From: an uncultured Chloroflexia bacterium
GTDB taxonomy: Bacteria; Chloroflexota; Limnocylindria; Limnocylindrales; CSP1-4
Reading direction: 5' to 3'
Assembly: GCA_963739365.1 (NCBI GenBank)
Contig: CAVUAG010000003.1
Location: 6,887-70,886, forward strand
DNA: 64,000 nt
Under the pieces are notes generated by a model. It worked only from the letters and a program-made list of their open reading frames with translations, searched no databases and was not told the DNA's origin. The translations under genes and the position numbers were made by a program. Positions 62,460 to 64,000 of the stretch are shown piece by piece (the first letter of the stretch is position 1; every line of letters starts with the position of its first letter).

Positions 62460-63351
62460 GCGCGGCACGCCGGGCGGCGAAGCGCTCGTCCGAGCCGCTC
62501 CAGCCCGCGTCGAACGGCTTGCCGGGCTCGTCCAGGTCCAGGACCAGCGGTGCGTGGTCGGACGGCGTCGGCGTCCCCTTGCGGGCCTCGCGGTCGACCT
62601 CCACGGCGACGACCCGGGCGGCCGCCGGCGCGCTGGCGAGGAGGTGGTCGATCCGCATCCCCTCGTTGCGCTGGAAGTTGCCGGCCCGGTAGTCCCACCA
62701 CGTGAAGCGGCGGACGCCCGGGTTCGCCGCTCGCCACGTGTCGGCCAGCCCCCAGTCGCGAGCAGGGCCCGAAACGCCGCCCGTTCGGGTTCCGAGACGT
62801 GCGTCCCGCCGTGGGCCGCCGCCGCGTTCCAGACGTCCTCGTCGGTGGGCGCGACGTTGAAGTCGCCGCCGATGACGAGCGCGGCTCGCCGGATCCTGCG
62901 TCTCGGCCAGCCAGCGCGCCAGCCGCTCGAACCAGCGCAGCTTGCCCGCGTACCAGGGGGAGTCGACGACCCGCCCGTTCGGTGCGTATATGCTTACCAT
63001 GCGAACGCCGCCACAGACGGCGCTCACCATCCGCGCCTCCGTGCCGGGATCGAAGTCGGCTTCGCCCGGAGCGGTGCCGCCCGGCCCGGAGCGGCGAACA
63101 GGCCCATCGCCGAAGTTCGTCACGGCGTCCGTGATCCCCACCCGGCTCGCGATGGCCACGCCGTTCCAGCGCCCCTCGCCGTGGTGGAGGAGGTCGTAGC
63201 CGAGCATCCGGAACGGGAGGACCGGGGCGTCGTCGTCGGTGAGCTTCGTCTCCTGCATGAGCAGGACGTCGGGCGCGGCGCGCTCCAGCCACCACTCCAC
63301 CTTGTCCAGGCGGGCCTTGAGCGAGTTGACGTTCCAGGTCGCGATCCGCAT
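62460..63351 (-). CDS. xth: exodeoxyribonuclease III, frameshifted
   Basis: MRIATWNVNSLKARL...LLMQETK (ATG 63351). The C-terminal motifs ADTWRA...RFTWWDYR...MRIDH...PSDHAPLVLDLD are in the ORF 62128 frame; at least two shifts; no clean stop. Confidence 0.7.
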
Positions 63352-63383
63352 CGGGTGCCTCCGGGACCGGTCGGCGTCGCGGC

Positions 63384-64000
63384 TCAGTAGCGCCGGCCGC
63401 GCTGCCGGGCAAGGTCGAACACGGCGGTGTCGGCGACGGCCATCACCGCCATCGTGCCGGCCTGCACCGGGTCGCTGACGACGAGGTCGACATGCCTGGT
63501 GATCGATCCGACCATGTTGAGGGCGATGATGGGGATGCCGACCGCGCGCAGCTCCTCGGCTGCCCTGCTGATGTCGCCGCCCATGATCGAGCCACCGAGG
63601 ACGAGGAGGCGCGCCCGGGGCAGGTCGGCGACGGCTCGCACCGCGCCGGCGATGTTCGCCTCGCCCACGAGTGGGATGGTGTCGACCGAGATCCGCTCGC
63701 CGCGGATGTTGTGGCGGTCGGCCTCACTCACCGCGCCGAGAGCGACGTGGGCGATCTGGGCGCCGCCGCCGATCACGATGACCCGCTTCCCGAAGATCCG
63801 GCCCAGGGCCCGGGTGGCGTGGCGCTCGCGGACCTCGGGCGCGCCGGCGATCGTCGCGTCGACGCCCTCCTCGTCGAGCCCCTCGATCTCGATCTCGGTC
63901 TCGACCGCCGGCGAGCCACCGACGTCCGTCGCGCAGGCGTCGGACCGTGCTCATCGTGCGGACGGTGCCGCCCGCGGCGGCCACGATCGCAAGGATCGCC
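63384..64000 (-). CDS. hypothetical Rossmann-like protein, 5' end beyond the window
   Basis: Frame open to the window edge: ...ALGRIFGKRVIVIGGGAQIAHVALGAVSEADRHNIRGERISVDTIPLVGEANIAGAVRAVADLPRARLLVLGGSIMGG... Possibly Asp/Glu-racemase-like or B12-binding-like. Partial, and there is at least one frame change near 63780. Confidence 0.3.

Noticed and set aside
1-64000. Search for tRNA/rRNA genes, IS elements, integrases, toxin-antitoxin or restriction-modification genes
   Set aside because: No cloverleaf-compatible segments, no transposase, integrase or nuclease/helicase signatures found by eye. The absence is not proven without tRNAscan or Infernal.

Overview
This 64 kb window is a very high-GC (about 72%) bacterial chromosomal segment, probably from a high-GC actinobacterium-like organism. 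It is densely coding on both strands, and because of the GC bias the six-frame track is full of long spurious ORFs. Genes were called by protein-family recognition, not ORF length. Recognisable content: (1) a MerR, VWA, Cys-phosphatase and secreted lipase cluster with an upstream flavodoxin-like gene; (2) an envelope and sugar cluster (RlpA-like, HAD phosphatase, HEAT+GT4 glycosyltransferase, GT1 glycosyltransferase, fasciclin lipoprotein, DoxX); (3) a divergent TetR with an MMPL transporter and a YhgE/Pip protein; (4) a pentapeptide-repeat protein, a NifX-like protein, an MFS transporter and an aldo-keto reductase; (5) RidA, LipB, a GalT-like protein, and an ECF sigma factor with a large ZAS anti-sigma factor; (6) a pyrimidine operon, pyrR-pyrB-pyrC ... 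pyrK-pyrD ... pyrE, split by inserted genes (two SDRs, gcvPA/gcvPB, an NAD-kinase-like gene, several unknowns); (7) a GGDEF cyclase, a TlpA/SCO-like lipoprotein with ctaA-ctaB, a ZIP transporter, a beta-CASP MBL hydrolase, a Rieske oxygenase and xth. No rRNA, tRNA, CRISPR array, transposase or phage genes were recognised. Major caveat: about 35 conserved genes are broken by single-nucleotide frameshifts, mostly at G/C homopolymers. This is most likely sequencing or assembly error, so coordinates for the affected genes are locus extents and not clean reading frames.
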